Shown here: in pieces, positions 36,268-45,354 of the stretch
Numbering within the stretch: the first letter of the stretch is position 1
Layout of the letters: each line of letters begins with the position of its first letter
Origin: Desulfobacterales bacterium
Lineage (GTDB): Bacteria; Desulfobacterota; Desulfobacteria; Desulfobacterales; UBA11574
Length of the DNA stretch: 64,000 nucleotides
Assembly: GCA_030145345.1 (NCBI GenBank)
Contig: JAQYVT010000004.1
Coordinates: forward strand, 992 to 64,991
Direction of reading: 5' to 3'
Made by a program: the position numbers and the translations under genes
Notes under the pieces: generated by a model
Database searches by the model: none
The model's input: only the letters and a program-made list of their open reading frames with translations
What the model was told of the DNA's origin: nothing

Positions 36268-38082
36268 TTAAGGCTGTTCCCACGTAACCCTCAGCACCTC
36301 CTGATAGGTGGTCTTGCCGGCGAGCAGTTTTTTCAAAGCATTGCCTCGCAGCGAAACCATCCCCTCTGCCTTGGCCTGATTGCGAATGGTTTCTATATCC
36401 ATACTGGCGTTTGTCATTTTTTTCAACGACTCCGAATACGGAACCACTTCGAAAATACCGGTTCTCCCGTAATAACCGGTGCCCCGGCATTTCTGACACC
36501 CCCTGCCCCGATAAAGCGTTATCCGTCCGTTTTTTTCAACATCCAGCCCCATGGTCCTCAGTTCCGCCGTTTCCATATCAAAGGGTTCCATGCAGTGGTT
36601 GCAAATCTTTCGAACCAGGCGCTGAGCCATTATGCCCACCAGGGTACTCTGGATCAGAAACGGAGGGACCCCGAGATCAAGGAGTCGTGTGATCGACGAA
36701 GGCGCGTCGTTGGTATGGAGGGTCGACAAAACCAGATGACCGGTCAATGCCGCCTGAACCGCATTTTCAGCGGTCTCGAGATCTCTCATCTCCCCGATCA
36801 TGATGATGTCCGGGTCCTGCCGTAATATATTTCTCAGGATCGTCGCAAACGCAATTCCGATTGCCGGTTGAACCGCAATCTGGTTAAACTCCTCGCACAC
36901 CATCTCGATGGGGTCTTCTATGGTTGTAATATTAATCTCAGGCGAATAGATATCTTTGAGCGTTGAATAAAGGGTGGTCGATTTGCCGCTCCCCGTGGGA
37001 CCGCAGACCAACACGATTCCATGGGGCATATTGATAAATTTATTGTAGCGAATCAAATCCGTAGATGTAAAACCGAGCTTTTCCAGATCCTGAAAAAGGA
37101 CATCCGGATCCATGATCCGCATGACCAACTTCTCTCCAAAGGCTACCGGTATGGTCGAAACCCGCATCTCCACCTCAACACCGCCTTTATCGGTTTTAAT
37201 TCTTCCATCCTGGGGCCTTCTCTTTTCTGCCATGTCCAGCCTGGACAGGTTCTTTATCCTGCTGACAATGGCGGAATGAACATTCTTGGGAAGTTGATGC
37301 ACGGTATGCAGAACGCCGTCAATACGCATCCTAACCAGGCTTACATCCCGTTTGGGCTCGATATGAACGTCACTGGCCCGCTGATCAAAAGCGTATGTGA
37401 AAAGGTAGTTCACGGCATTCACCACATGCTGATCGGTGGACGGAAGTTCGTCTGCGGATTTCAACCGCACATACTGCTCGAGATTCCCCAGATCAACCGA
37501 AGGACCTGCAAACTGGTGTTCTGCTGCAGCAATAGAGCGTTTAAAGCCAAAGAATTCATTGATCAGCTTAACGATGTCGGATTTTGAGGTGACAACCACC
37601 TTGACTTTAAGCTGACTGGCCCGGGCAATATCTTCCATAACCTCCACGTTAAAAGGATTGGGGGTTGCAACGGTGAGGTGCCCGTCCTTTATGGCAATGG
37701 GGAGTACCAGATGTTTCATGGCAAAGCTTCGCGGAATCGTAGTGGTCACCAGATTGAGATCCAGCTTTAAGGGATCGATTTTCTTGAACGGGATTTTCCA
37801 TTCGTCTGCAAGGGTTTGGAATATGAGTTCCTCATCCACCACTCTGGAATCAGCACCCGAACATTCCAAATTCAAAGCGGCAATGATATCGATGCTGGTG
37901 ACGGGATTTACAGACCTTCTCCCTGAAGCCGAGTTACGGTTCTTTTGCTTTTTTAGCCTGGCCTCCAGCACATCCTTTTTTTTAAGGATTTGCTCTGCCT
38001 GGCCGGATGTAATGAGCCCTTTTTTTAAAAGCGTCCGGCAAACATTTTTTGCGGACAATCGGCTCTGCATGTCATTTTTCAT
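36268..38082 (-). CDS. GspE/PilB-family type II secretion / type IV pilus assembly ATPase
   Basis: 604 aa with Walker A GPTGSGKST, an Asp box and His box, and a C-terminal tetracysteine (CNHC...CQKCRGTG). Last gene of the pilus module. Confidence 0.9.
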   Translation of the reverse strand: MKNDMQSRLSAKNVCRTLLKKGLITSGQAEQILKKKDVLEARLKKQKNRNSASGRRSVNPVTSIDIIAALNLECSGADSRVVDEELIFQTLADEWKIPFKKIDPLKLDLNLVTTTIPRSFAMKHLVLPIAIKDGHLTVATPNPFNVEVMEDIARASQLKVKVVVTSKSDIVKLINEFFGFKRSIAAAEHQFAGPSVDLGNLEQYVRLKSADELPSTDQHVVNAVNYLFTYAFDQRASDVHIEPKRDVSLVRMRIDGVLHTVHQLPKNVHSAIVSRIKNLSRLDMAEKRRPQDGRIKTDKGGVEVEMRVSTIPVAFGEKLVMRIMDPDVLFQDLEKLGFTSTDLIRYNKFINMPHGIVLVCGPTGSGKSTTLYSTLKDIYSPEINITTIEDPIEMVCEEFNQIAVQPAIGIAFATILRNILRQDPDIIMIGEMRDLETAENAVQAALTGHLVLSTLHTNDAPSSITRLLDLGVPPFLIQSTLVGIMAQRLVRKICNHCMEPFDMETAELRTMGLDVEKNGRITLYRGRGCQKCRGTGYYGRTGIFEVVPYSESLKKMTNASMDIETIRNQAKAEGMVSLRGNALKKLLAGKTTYQEVLRVTWEQP

Positions 38083-38108
38083 AGTTCAACACTTCCGTTA
38101 AGAAATTA

Positions 38109-38969
38109 TTACTTCCCGGGAGATGGTTTGGTTCTCCCCAATTCTTTATCGATCAACACCTGGAATTCTTTGGGCGACCAATTCCTCAAAAGTCGTCCGC
38201 CAATAAAAACAGTGGGCGTCCCCCTGATGCCGGCCTGGTTTCCATCGAGAATATCCTGTCGTATTTGGCCCAGAATTCCGGAATCTTTCATCTGTTTTTC
38301 AAATTTTTCCATATCAAACCCCAGATCTCGGGCAATATCTTTTATCTTTTGATCACTGAGCTGTTTATAATTTTCAAAAAGTCGGTCATGGAACGCCCAG
38401 AATTTTCTCTGTCCGTCGGCTGCAAGCGCTGCTATAGCGGCCTGTGTCGCATATTTATGTCTTCTGAGGGGAAAGTTCTTAAAAACAATTTTTACGTTTC
38501 CCGGATTATTCTCGAGCACCTGCTCGAGGAGAGGCACGATCCTCGCGCAGTACGGTCACTGAAAATCGCTGAACACAGCGATCACCACCGGCGCGTCTAC
38601 CGGTCCCTTAAAAGGCGATCCGGAGATGTTGATTTTGTGGATAAAATCGATGGCAAGAACCTCAACCGTTTTGTTCTTGCGGCTGCTGAGTAGAAGCAGG
38701 TTATCTTTAGGGCCGACCCTGATTTGATCCACATGACTTCCAACGCTCATTTTATCTTCTAATTTTCCTTTTGACGAATAGATCAGAATGTTTCCTGAGT
38801 CGTTGAGAACGAAAATCCATTTCCCGTCCGTGGACACCGCAACATCCACAGGGGGGGTATCCATTTTCAATTTCTGCTGGACATCCCATTCAACACGGGC
38901 AAAACTTTCTGCAGAAAAAACCACTATCGTCAAGACCGCCGCCAGGAAAATCAAAATTTTTTGTTTCAT
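38109..38969 (-). CDS. Predicted selenoprotein: secreted DsbA-like thioredoxin-fold oxidoreductase with in-frame TGA (Sec) at 38558-38556
   Basis: Track ORFs 38556-38969 and 38109-38537 are in the same frame. Reading through gives ...VVIAVFSDFQ-TGA-PYCARIVPLLEQVLENNPGNVKIVFKNFPL..., so the TGA sits at the first Cys of the CPYC motif of a DsbA-type domain. Only the upstream part has a signal peptide. The downstream part has no ATG or SD of its own. Confidence 0.75.
38511..38545 (-). promoter_or_regulatory. Candidate bacterial SECIS hairpin(s) downstream of the UGA
   Basis: mRNA: UGA CCG UAC UGC GCG AGG AUC GUG CCU CUC CUC GAG CAG GUG CUC GAG. Hairpin a is GAGG-AUCGUG-CCUC, with its loop 16-21 nt after the UGA. 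Hairpin b is CUCGAG-CAGGUG-CUCGAG, with its loop 34-39 nt after the UGA. Both loops contain GU. Confidence 0.4.
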
Positions 38970-38992
38970 GTTAAAACCCTTCGTTAAAACGG

Positions 38993-41900
38993 TTAATCTT
39001 TCTCCATCCAGCTGGTACTGCCGGTCTTTACACTTTTCAGCGGCAGATTGGGCTGAGGAATCTCAACAATGGTACCGGTACTGGTTTGAACGAAAGCTTT
39101 GCTTCCTTCCTCTTTCCCCACATGGAGATCCGGCGTTGTGGCCAGACCACGCCCCAGATCCATGCGGGCCTCAACATTGCCGTTCCCGTCGAGTGCATTG
39201 TCACCAAATACGCTCTCATACCATGCGGTTCCGGTTCGAAAATAAACCCCGTGAAGATAAGAAAACCCCTCGGCCAGGCAGACATCATCATAGGGCTGAT
39301 AGGTTGTGAATGTAAGTAATCCGCCCAAAAGAGCGCCCTGCCCCAGATTCCGTTCTCTATCGTCGGCAAATTCCTTGTACCATCCGTCGGTTCCGGTGGA
39401 GTAGCTCCGGCCTACCGGCGCCGTCCCGTCATCACAGCCGGTTCCGGCAATGTAACTCTCCAGTGCCGAAAACGTGGTAATTCCGGTGGGGAGACAGTTG
39501 GTTGTCAGGTCGACACATGAAAGGGCGGCATTCGCAGCAGTGGTTGCTTCTTGGACCAGAATATCACCGACCTGCAGCAATCCCTGGGATCCGGGGGTGG
39601 TGTTGAAGGTTCCGGTCTTTTCTACGGTTTCCCAGGTGAATCCGTCACAGTTTCGCGGCTCTTTGATGCCGAAATAAGCCTCCTGAGCATTGCTGCTGGA
39701 ATCGGTTTTATCGTCTGAATCTAAAAATCGTCCGGTGCCGAAATAGATCCAGTAATTCGTGCCGTCGGTTCCGATGGACGCTGCACCGGTCACCGGCCGG
39801 CCCGCATCGATCAGGTAAAGGGGATTGCTCAGCGGACTTATCAGCGTGGACCAGTCGCTGGGACTGGTCACCAGCTGACTTCGAGGGGTACCACTGTCCA
39901 TTTCTCGGGTGACCATCCGGTATAGGCCGCCCCCCCAGCTGCCCCAGGTGCCAGAGACCGTCCCGAAATATACGGCATCTGTCTTGTAATTACTTTCAAG
40001 CTCAACGTCCACGGATATCAGATCCGATACAAAGCTGTTGGCGGTCAGCGTAAAAGTGCCGCCTTGGTCATTGGCCACCGTCGGTATTGCGTCGGGAATT
40101 CGGAGCGCCTTGGGGGTTCCCACCAACCAGCTTAAAGGCAGGACCGCAAGTTTGGCGTCCTGGGTGCTCGTACCGTCCACATTCGTCGGTCCGCTGCCAA
40201 GAATCAGATACCAGCTTGTGTCGCTAACGTCAGCACCGTTTTTCATGCTCACCATTGTCGGTGAAGCTGTTGTATATCCAAGATCCACTTCGGTACCGCC
40301 GGTTGTCAGGGTTATCTCGCCCAGCAGTGTCGGCGGGCCTTCGGGATCGGTAATGTCGAGAATAACATACGCAGAGGTGAACTCTCGTGTGTCGGCCGGA
40401 TAATCCGCAGAACCGTTATCATCCAGATCCAGTGTGCCCGGAAGGATCTTGGCACCGCCGAACCGCATCCCCTGAACCATAATCGTCCCCCAGCCGCCGG
40501 TATGAACGCCGTCGGTGGGATCGAAAATCCGCACGTCAAAGACTCTCGGGTGCAAATCCACGAAATATTTGTGCTCATATGAAGGATCTGTCAAACATTT
40601 TAGATGCGGCAACAGATTATAGGGAACATACGCCCACAACTCAGCACCCAGCTCCGGTCCCGCTGTTTCTGACTGGCAATCGGCGGTCAGGCAGAATTTT
40701 TTTTGGGTTTCATTATAAAACCCGCCGTTGACGGCATGGATCATGCCGTCGTTGGCCCCAAAGTAGATCACATTCCGGCGGTTCTTATAGGTGTTCACAA
40801 ATTGTGCATAAGAAGTGTCCCGGTATAGAAAATGAAAGCCTTCACTGGGTCGGGTCACTGAAATGGGCGTCGAGTGGACCACATCCCCGAGCCGCCAGGT
40901 AACATCCGCCGGGTTGCCGTCCAGATCGAAGTCGAAGGGCATCTCCCGGCTGCGCTGCCCGGCCTGATCATAGCCCCGCACCCATTTTACGATCTCGTTC
41001 ACCTCGGCAGTGGTCTGCAAACCAAAATCGAGGGGCACCGGGCCCCGGGAAGCGTCGACGGTCAGTGCGGCCCAGTCGTTGGTGGTGTCAAAATCGAGAA
41101 TTTCACTGCTGTCGACAATACCGTCATTGTCGAGATCATTCCAGGTGAAAACATAGCGTTTTTTTACATTGGAAATGAATCCGGTGGTGGTTCCCACCGA
41201 AATTCTGTTGACAAGGATGTTCGTATTCGCATCAGATGCCGTGGGGGAAATATCTGCAAGCCATTCTGATGCAGACCACATGTAATGAATATCTTCCAGT
41301 CCTTTGGATGTTCCGTTGCAGGTGCCGTCCGTATTCAACTCGCCGTTGCAGGCTTTGGTCGTGCCCGCGGATTCGTCGTAATAAATCACCACCGTCGCAT
41401 CGGCGGCATCCAGGGTCCTGTCGCCGTTGGTGTCTTCATACAGGTTCGCGTATTCGTCCACGAACAGGGCATGCACCTCTCCGATCCAGTCGACAGAACC
41501 GCCACCGGACAGTTCCACCGTAGGCCAGAAAATGGCCTGATAGACCGCCCCTTCACCCCCCCGGGACGCAGATATGACCGAAGCGGCGGAGCCGGCTGCA
41601 GCGCCTGCCCGGATCGACTCAAAGGCGTTTCGGAGGGCGGTTTCCAGCTGGGCGGGGTCTGATGCACTGTAAAGCGTGGTACCCCCGTTGGTGGCAGCCT
41701 CTGCCAAGAGGACGTCGGGACTGCATTCATCGGCCCCGGTGGACCGCAAGGTTCCTGCAACCACGATGTGGGTGTTAACGTTCTGTTTGTCCTCTCCGTT
41801 GAGCTGTGTGGGATAAAGACTGCTGCTGTTCTGGGCATAATAGGTCAAGTCATCCAGATACGAGCTGCCGGAAAGCGAACCGCAGTCCACACTGTCTTCA

Positions 41901-44035
41901 CTGTCCAGATCATTCTGTCCCTCGGCCGCGACAAAGGCGCCGACGGTACCATTCAAATCTGCTGTGGACGCCCCTTCGGTGATGATAAGGATATTGTTCT
42001 TCTGGCAATAGGCGGTAATGGGATCATAACCGGAGCCGATGTTAAAATCATTGCTGTCCAGACGGAGCGCACTGTTCTGGCTGTAGTATCCCAAGGCATT
42101 ATAAAAGGCCTCGGCCAGGGGAGTCCAGGATGTGGCCTTGATATCGTTGACGGCATCCACCAGATTTGTGGTATGGGAACTCGACTTGTCGATATCCGAG
42201 ATGACCTGGCCCCCGTCCCGGTTCGACGGGTCCGAACAGTTATACAGGATAAAAGGATCCGGCTGACTGCACTCGCTGTTGGAGCCTTCGAAGTTAAACG
42301 CCATGGCCCCCATCCGGATGTCGTCGGAAAACTCCTGGATGAGCCCGCTGGGTGCGGACGATTTCGAAATATACCCCTGAACCACCCCAAGGGGCTCACC
42401 GATCTGGGCAACGACCCCCGAATCGATGAGCACCGCCGGGATATTCCAGAACTCACCGGTTTCGCCGGCCTGATCACTGGGGTCCACGACTTCGGGAATT
42501 TCCATATTGCCGCAATAGTCTTGCATGGCCGTTTCGATACAGGTATCCACATCCGCATATCCGGCAGCATCCCAGCCGGGTAAAGTACCCCCCACATATT
42601 CCCATTTCTTGCAATCACCGGTTTTGGGTCCGGAAGTAAAGTAACCGCCGGTGCAGGTCAGTACTGCGCCCGCCCCCGGATTCCAGCAGCGGCCCACATA
42701 GCCGAGTTGATTGGCCGGAACAGCGGCATAGAGTCCATAGCATATATAACCACGATCGTCGGATTCGATGTTCCACGGTTCTATGTTTGAGTATATGTCC
42801 TCACAGACATTCTTCGTGGAACTAACCACTCCCACCCCCGGTGGCCAGTCACCGTTTTTTGTCTTATACCAGCAGTTGTGAATGGCATGGTTAAAGGCTG
42901 CATGGGAGTTAGCCTCGGGACTACTTCCTCCGCCCTCCGAATACCCCATGCAGTCGTCGATATACACCTTCAACTGGCCCTGGTTGGGGCTGTCCTTGCC
43001 CAGCTCGGTTACGGCATTTTGGCAGGCGCTGTTATCAAACCCGTTTGTGGTTACAGGAAATATTTCAATATGGGTGAGATTGTAGGGAACCCAGTCTGTT
43101 ATGCCGGTATCATTGTCAACGCCGGTTCCGCCGGCCGTGCCGCCGACGGCGGTGATGTACAGCCGGCCTTCATCGATGGTATTGGCTTTGCCGGGATCCA
43201 CGACAATACTGCCGGCCGGATACGTGGCGCCGCTGGTCCACCGTGTGAGGGTGTAAGGTGTCCAGGACACCCCGGTATCATCGCTGGTGCTGCTTCCGGA
43301 CGAAGTGCCGGCAGAGGTTGCGATATACAGCTCTCCTGCGTCGTTGACCACATCCCCCACCGCATAGGCGGTTGCATCTTCCCACGGATCGAATTGTTGC
43401 TCCCGGGGCGGCCGTACGGCCAGGGTCAAATACTTTGTTCCCCCGTTTATATTGTCGGTAACCTGTACCTGCTTGGTATAGCGCCGGTCGAGGCAGCCCC
43501 TCGATTCCATGACGAGTCTGTTGTTGGTGCTGTCATATTTGCCGCCGGTGAGGATCTCTTTTTGAACGTCAAATTTCGAGGCCATGACCCAGTTGAAGAA
43601 GTTCCCGAATGCCACAAATGCCGTGGGGCTGGGGGTGGAATCGAGCAGTATCCAGACATACCCGTTGTAGTACCAACCGCCGGTACTGTCCTTTCCGGTC
43701 CAGTGAGCCGCAATGGAATAGACTTCGAAATAGTCGCCTGAAAAATTGTATGCATACAGAGTATTCCGATCGAAATATCCGGCATAGGTGCTACTGTGAT
43801 TGTAAGTGTCGTCAAAACACTGGCTGCCGTCTTCGACATACGCCATATCGATCATGCTCCCGGAGTTGTCGATCAAAAGGAGAAGATTCGGGTCCACGCC
43901 GCCGGCCAGAAACGGCGGCAGTGCCACACCGCTGCCGCAATAGTCAACAGCGTACAAATTCGGCGGTGCCGATCCGCTGAACAACAGCAAAATAATAAAC
44001 ACCATCAATGGGATATGTCTCTTGAAGCGTGTCAT
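38993..44035 (-). CDS. pilY1: Giant PilY1/PilC-like type IV pilus tip adhesin with N-terminal vWA (MIDAS) domain
   Basis: ATG 44035 (AGGAG upstream) gives a signal peptide MTRFKRHIPLMVFIILLLFSGSAPPNLYA. Also has LLLLIDNSGSM (DxSxS), later vWA elements (IRMGAMAFN, SWTPLAEAF, ILIITEGAS), a PilY1 C-terminal-domain start (WRLGDVVHSTP), and several DxDxDG-type loops. Confidence 0.8.
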   Translation of the reverse strand: MTRFKRHIPLMVFIILLLFSGSAPPNLYAVDYCGSGVALPPFLAGGVDPNLLLLIDNSGSMIDMAYVEDGSQCFDDTYNHSSTYAGYFDRNTLYAYNFSGDYFEVYSIAAHWTGKDSTGGWYYNGYVWILLDSTPSPTAFVAFGNFFNWVMASKFDVQKEILTGGKYDSTNNRLVMESRGCLDRRYTKQVQVTDNINGGTKYLTLAVRPPREQQFDPWEDATAYAVGDVVNDAGELYIATSAGTSSGSSTSDDTGVSWTPYTLTRWTSGATYPAGSIVVDPGKANTIDEGRLYITAVGGTAGGTGVDNDTGITDWVPYNLTHIEIFPVTTNGFDNSACQNAVTELGKDSPNQGQLKVYIDDCMGYSEGGGSSPEANSHAAFNHAIHNCWYKTKNGDWPPGVGVVSSTKNVCEDIYSNIEPWNIESDDRGYICYGLYAAVPANQLGYVGRCWNPGAGAVLTCTGGYFTSGPKTGDCKKWEYVGGTLPGWDAAGYADVDTCIETAMQDYCGNMEIPEVVDPSDQAGETGEFWNIPAVLIDSGVVAQIGEPLGVVQGYISKSSAPSGLIQEFSDDIRMGAMAFNFEGSNSECSQPDPFILYNCSDPSNRDGGQVISDIDKSSSHTTNLVDAVNDIKATSWTPLAEAFYNALGYYSQNSALRLDSNDFNIGSGYDPITAYCQKNNILIITEGASTADLNGTVGAFVAAEGQNDLDSEDSVDCGSLSGSSYLDDLTYYAQNSSSLYPTQLNGEDKQNVNTHIVVAGTLRSTGADECSPDVLLAEAATNGGTTLYSASDPAQLETALRNAFESIRAGAAAGSAASVISASRGGEGAVYQAIFWPTVELSGGGSVDWIGEVHALFVDEYANLYEDTNGDRTLDAADATVVIYYDESAGTTKACNGELNTDGTCNGTSKGLEDIHYMWSASEWLADISPTASDANTNILVNRISVGTTTGFISNVKKRYVFTWNDLDNDGIVDSSEILDFDTTNDWAALTVDASRGPVPLDFGLQTTAEVNEIVKWVRGYDQAGQRSREMPFDFDLDGNPADVTWRLGDVVHSTPISVTRPSEGFHFLYRDTSYAQFVNTYKNRRNVIYFGANDGMIHAVNGGFYNETQKKFCLTADCQSETAGPELGAELWAYVPYNLLPHLKCLTDPSYEHKYFVDLHPRVFDVRIFDPTDGVHTGGWGTIMVQGMRFGGAKILPGTLDLDDNGSADYPADTREFTSAYVILDITDPEGPPTLLGEITLTTGGTEVDLGYTTASPTMVSMKNGADVSDTSWYLILGSGPTNVDGTSTQDAKLAVLPLSWLVGTPKALRIPDAIPTVANDQGGTFTLTANSFVSDLISVDVELESNYKTDAVYFGTVSGTWGSWGGGLYRMVTREMDSGTPRSQLVTSPSDWSTLISPLSNPLYLIDAGRPVTGAASIGTDGTNYWIYFGTGRFLDSDDKTDSSSNAQEAYFGIKEPRNCDGFTWETVEKTGTFNTTPGSQGLLQVGDILVQEATTAANAALSCVDLTTNCLPTGITTFSALESYIAGTGCDDGTAPVGRSYSTGTDGWYKEFADDRERNLGQGALLGGLLTFTTYQPYDDVCLAEGFSYLHGVYFRTGTAWYESVFGDNALDGNGNVEARMDLGRGLATTPDLHVGKEEGSKAFVQTSTGTIVEIPQPNLPLKSVKTGSTSWMEKD

Positions 44036-44192
44036 ACCATGATCTCCTATATCGAGAATATCGAGAACTCCATTCCCCTCTTTCACCCGGCTATTTCTTA
44101 ATTACAACATGCCGTGGTTCCATGAAAGTGCAATAGATCCTTGCTCTACTTTAGACGCTATAATTTCAACCGCTTGTATCAGCTTTGCCCGG

Positions 44193-44807
44193 TCAGTAAT
44201 TACAAGCCCCTTCCTGGCCGACCAAATGTCTCCATTGACTCATAATCTCTGCCTGACTGTTGCTGGTTCCCAGGTGCTGCGAATAGACTCTATAAACGAT
44301 ATAAGCTCCGCCGGCACCGGCGCCTTTGCCCTTGCCCTCGTATCCGGCGGACATTTGAATGGCACTTCCGGTGGACAGCTGGGTGGCGCCGTAGATGCTT
44401 AAATTGGTGTGGGGACCTGTGTCTGTAGTGTATACTCTGATATCCCTTTCCGAATTAGAGGGATAGTCGCTGGTGGGTTCAGACTCCTGGAGCCAGAAAT
44501 CCTTGGTGTACACCCGGACATCGGTGCCGATATCCAGATATCCGACCCCTTCGTTAAAGGTGGAAAAACCGCCGGGGCAGGCAATATTCTGCTCCAGCAT
44601 TTCGAACCCCACCTCGGTTCCACCATCGGCTTCATAGAGCGCCTGTTTATGACGATCATCGTTTCCGGCAATCTGAACTTCGATGCTGGACGTCATGGTC
44701 GCGGAAATCCCCAAAAGGGTCAAAAGCGCCAGCATGATCAACGCAAGCACCGTAATGGAGCCGTTTTCAGGGTTTAAAATTCTTTTTTCTTTCAAAAATT
44801 TGTTCAT
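44193..44807 (-). CDS. pilX: PilX-like minor pilin / pilus assembly protein
   Basis: The N-terminus NGSITVLALIMLALLTLLGISATMTSSIEVQIAGN resembles a PilX_N domain. Its position between pilV and pilY1 fits. Confidence 0.65.
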   Translation of the reverse strand: MNKFLKEKRILNPENGSITVLALIMLALLTLLGISATMTSSIEVQIAGNDDRHKQALYEADGGTEVGFEMLEQNIACPGGFSTFNEGVGYLDIGTDVRVYTKDFWLQESEPTSDYPSNSERDIRVYTTDTGPHTNLSIYGATQLSTGSAIQMSAGYEGKGKGAGAGGAYIVYRVYSQHLGTSNSQAEIMSQWRHLVGQEGACNY

Positions 44808-44904
44808 AAATCGTTCCAGCTCAGCCGGTTAAAAAATTGTCACGTTACGTCTCAATGCGTAAAGGCACCGCCTGGATATCCAGATTTTTCAAGAAGATAC
44901 AGGG

Positions 44905-45294
44905 TTACCAGTCCGATTTCATACAGGTCAGTCGGGATGTTTTCCCCTTCCCGGTCACCGTTACGACGATTCGTTTTGTATTGGGAACCGGGGTGTTGTC
45001 GGCAATATCCCACCTTACGGCATACCCGTCTGAAGTCGTTTGCTCATGGGTATTTCCGGCCGAATCCACGCCAGAGGGGTTCCCGGCGGCTTCAAGCCAG
45101 GGATCGGAAAACGGCAGTGCCTTCAGTTCTTCCATCTTGTCCTGGGCCCAGTTCATCCGGGTGGTCATTTGACCCGCAGCTGAATTCACCTGAATGGCAG
45201 AGGTCTGCATGGCGGCAACACCCAGCAGACCCACGGCCAGAATAGAAATGGCGATTACCACTTCGATGATTGTAAAACCGGCATCGTTTTGCAT
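44905..45294 (-). CDS. pilV: Type IV minor pilin PilV-like
   Basis: Prepilin signature MQNDAG/FTIIEVVIAISILAVGLLG with Glu at position +5. ATG 45294 chosen. Confidence 0.75.
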   Translation of the reverse strand: MQNDAGFTIIEVVIAISILAVGLLGVAAMQTSAIQVNSAAGQMTTRMNWAQDKMEELKALPFSDPWLEAAGNPSGVDSAGNTHEQTTSDGYAVRWDIADNTPVPNTKRIVVTVTGKGKTSRLTCMKSDW

Positions 45295-45354
45295 TGCTCT
45301 GTTTTCAGTTCCCCGATTTTTATGATCTGCTGAACCTAATCTCATCCGATCATC

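Noticed and set aside
38109-38969. The alternative reading of the split DsbA-like gene, as two independent genes or as a nonsense pseudogene.
   Set aside because: Not fully excluded, since TGC to TGA is a single substitution. It is judged less likely for three reasons. The TGA falls exactly on the catalytic Cys column, the frame is otherwise intact for 286 codons, and the downstream half has no translation start signals.
41768-43741. Long plus-strand ORFs (271 aa and 287 aa, among others) antisense to pilY1.
   Set aside because: These are shadow ORFs in a GC-rich gene. Their translations are low-complexity and Gly/Arg/Pro-rich with no motifs, whereas the minus-strand frame has clear PilY1/vWA features.
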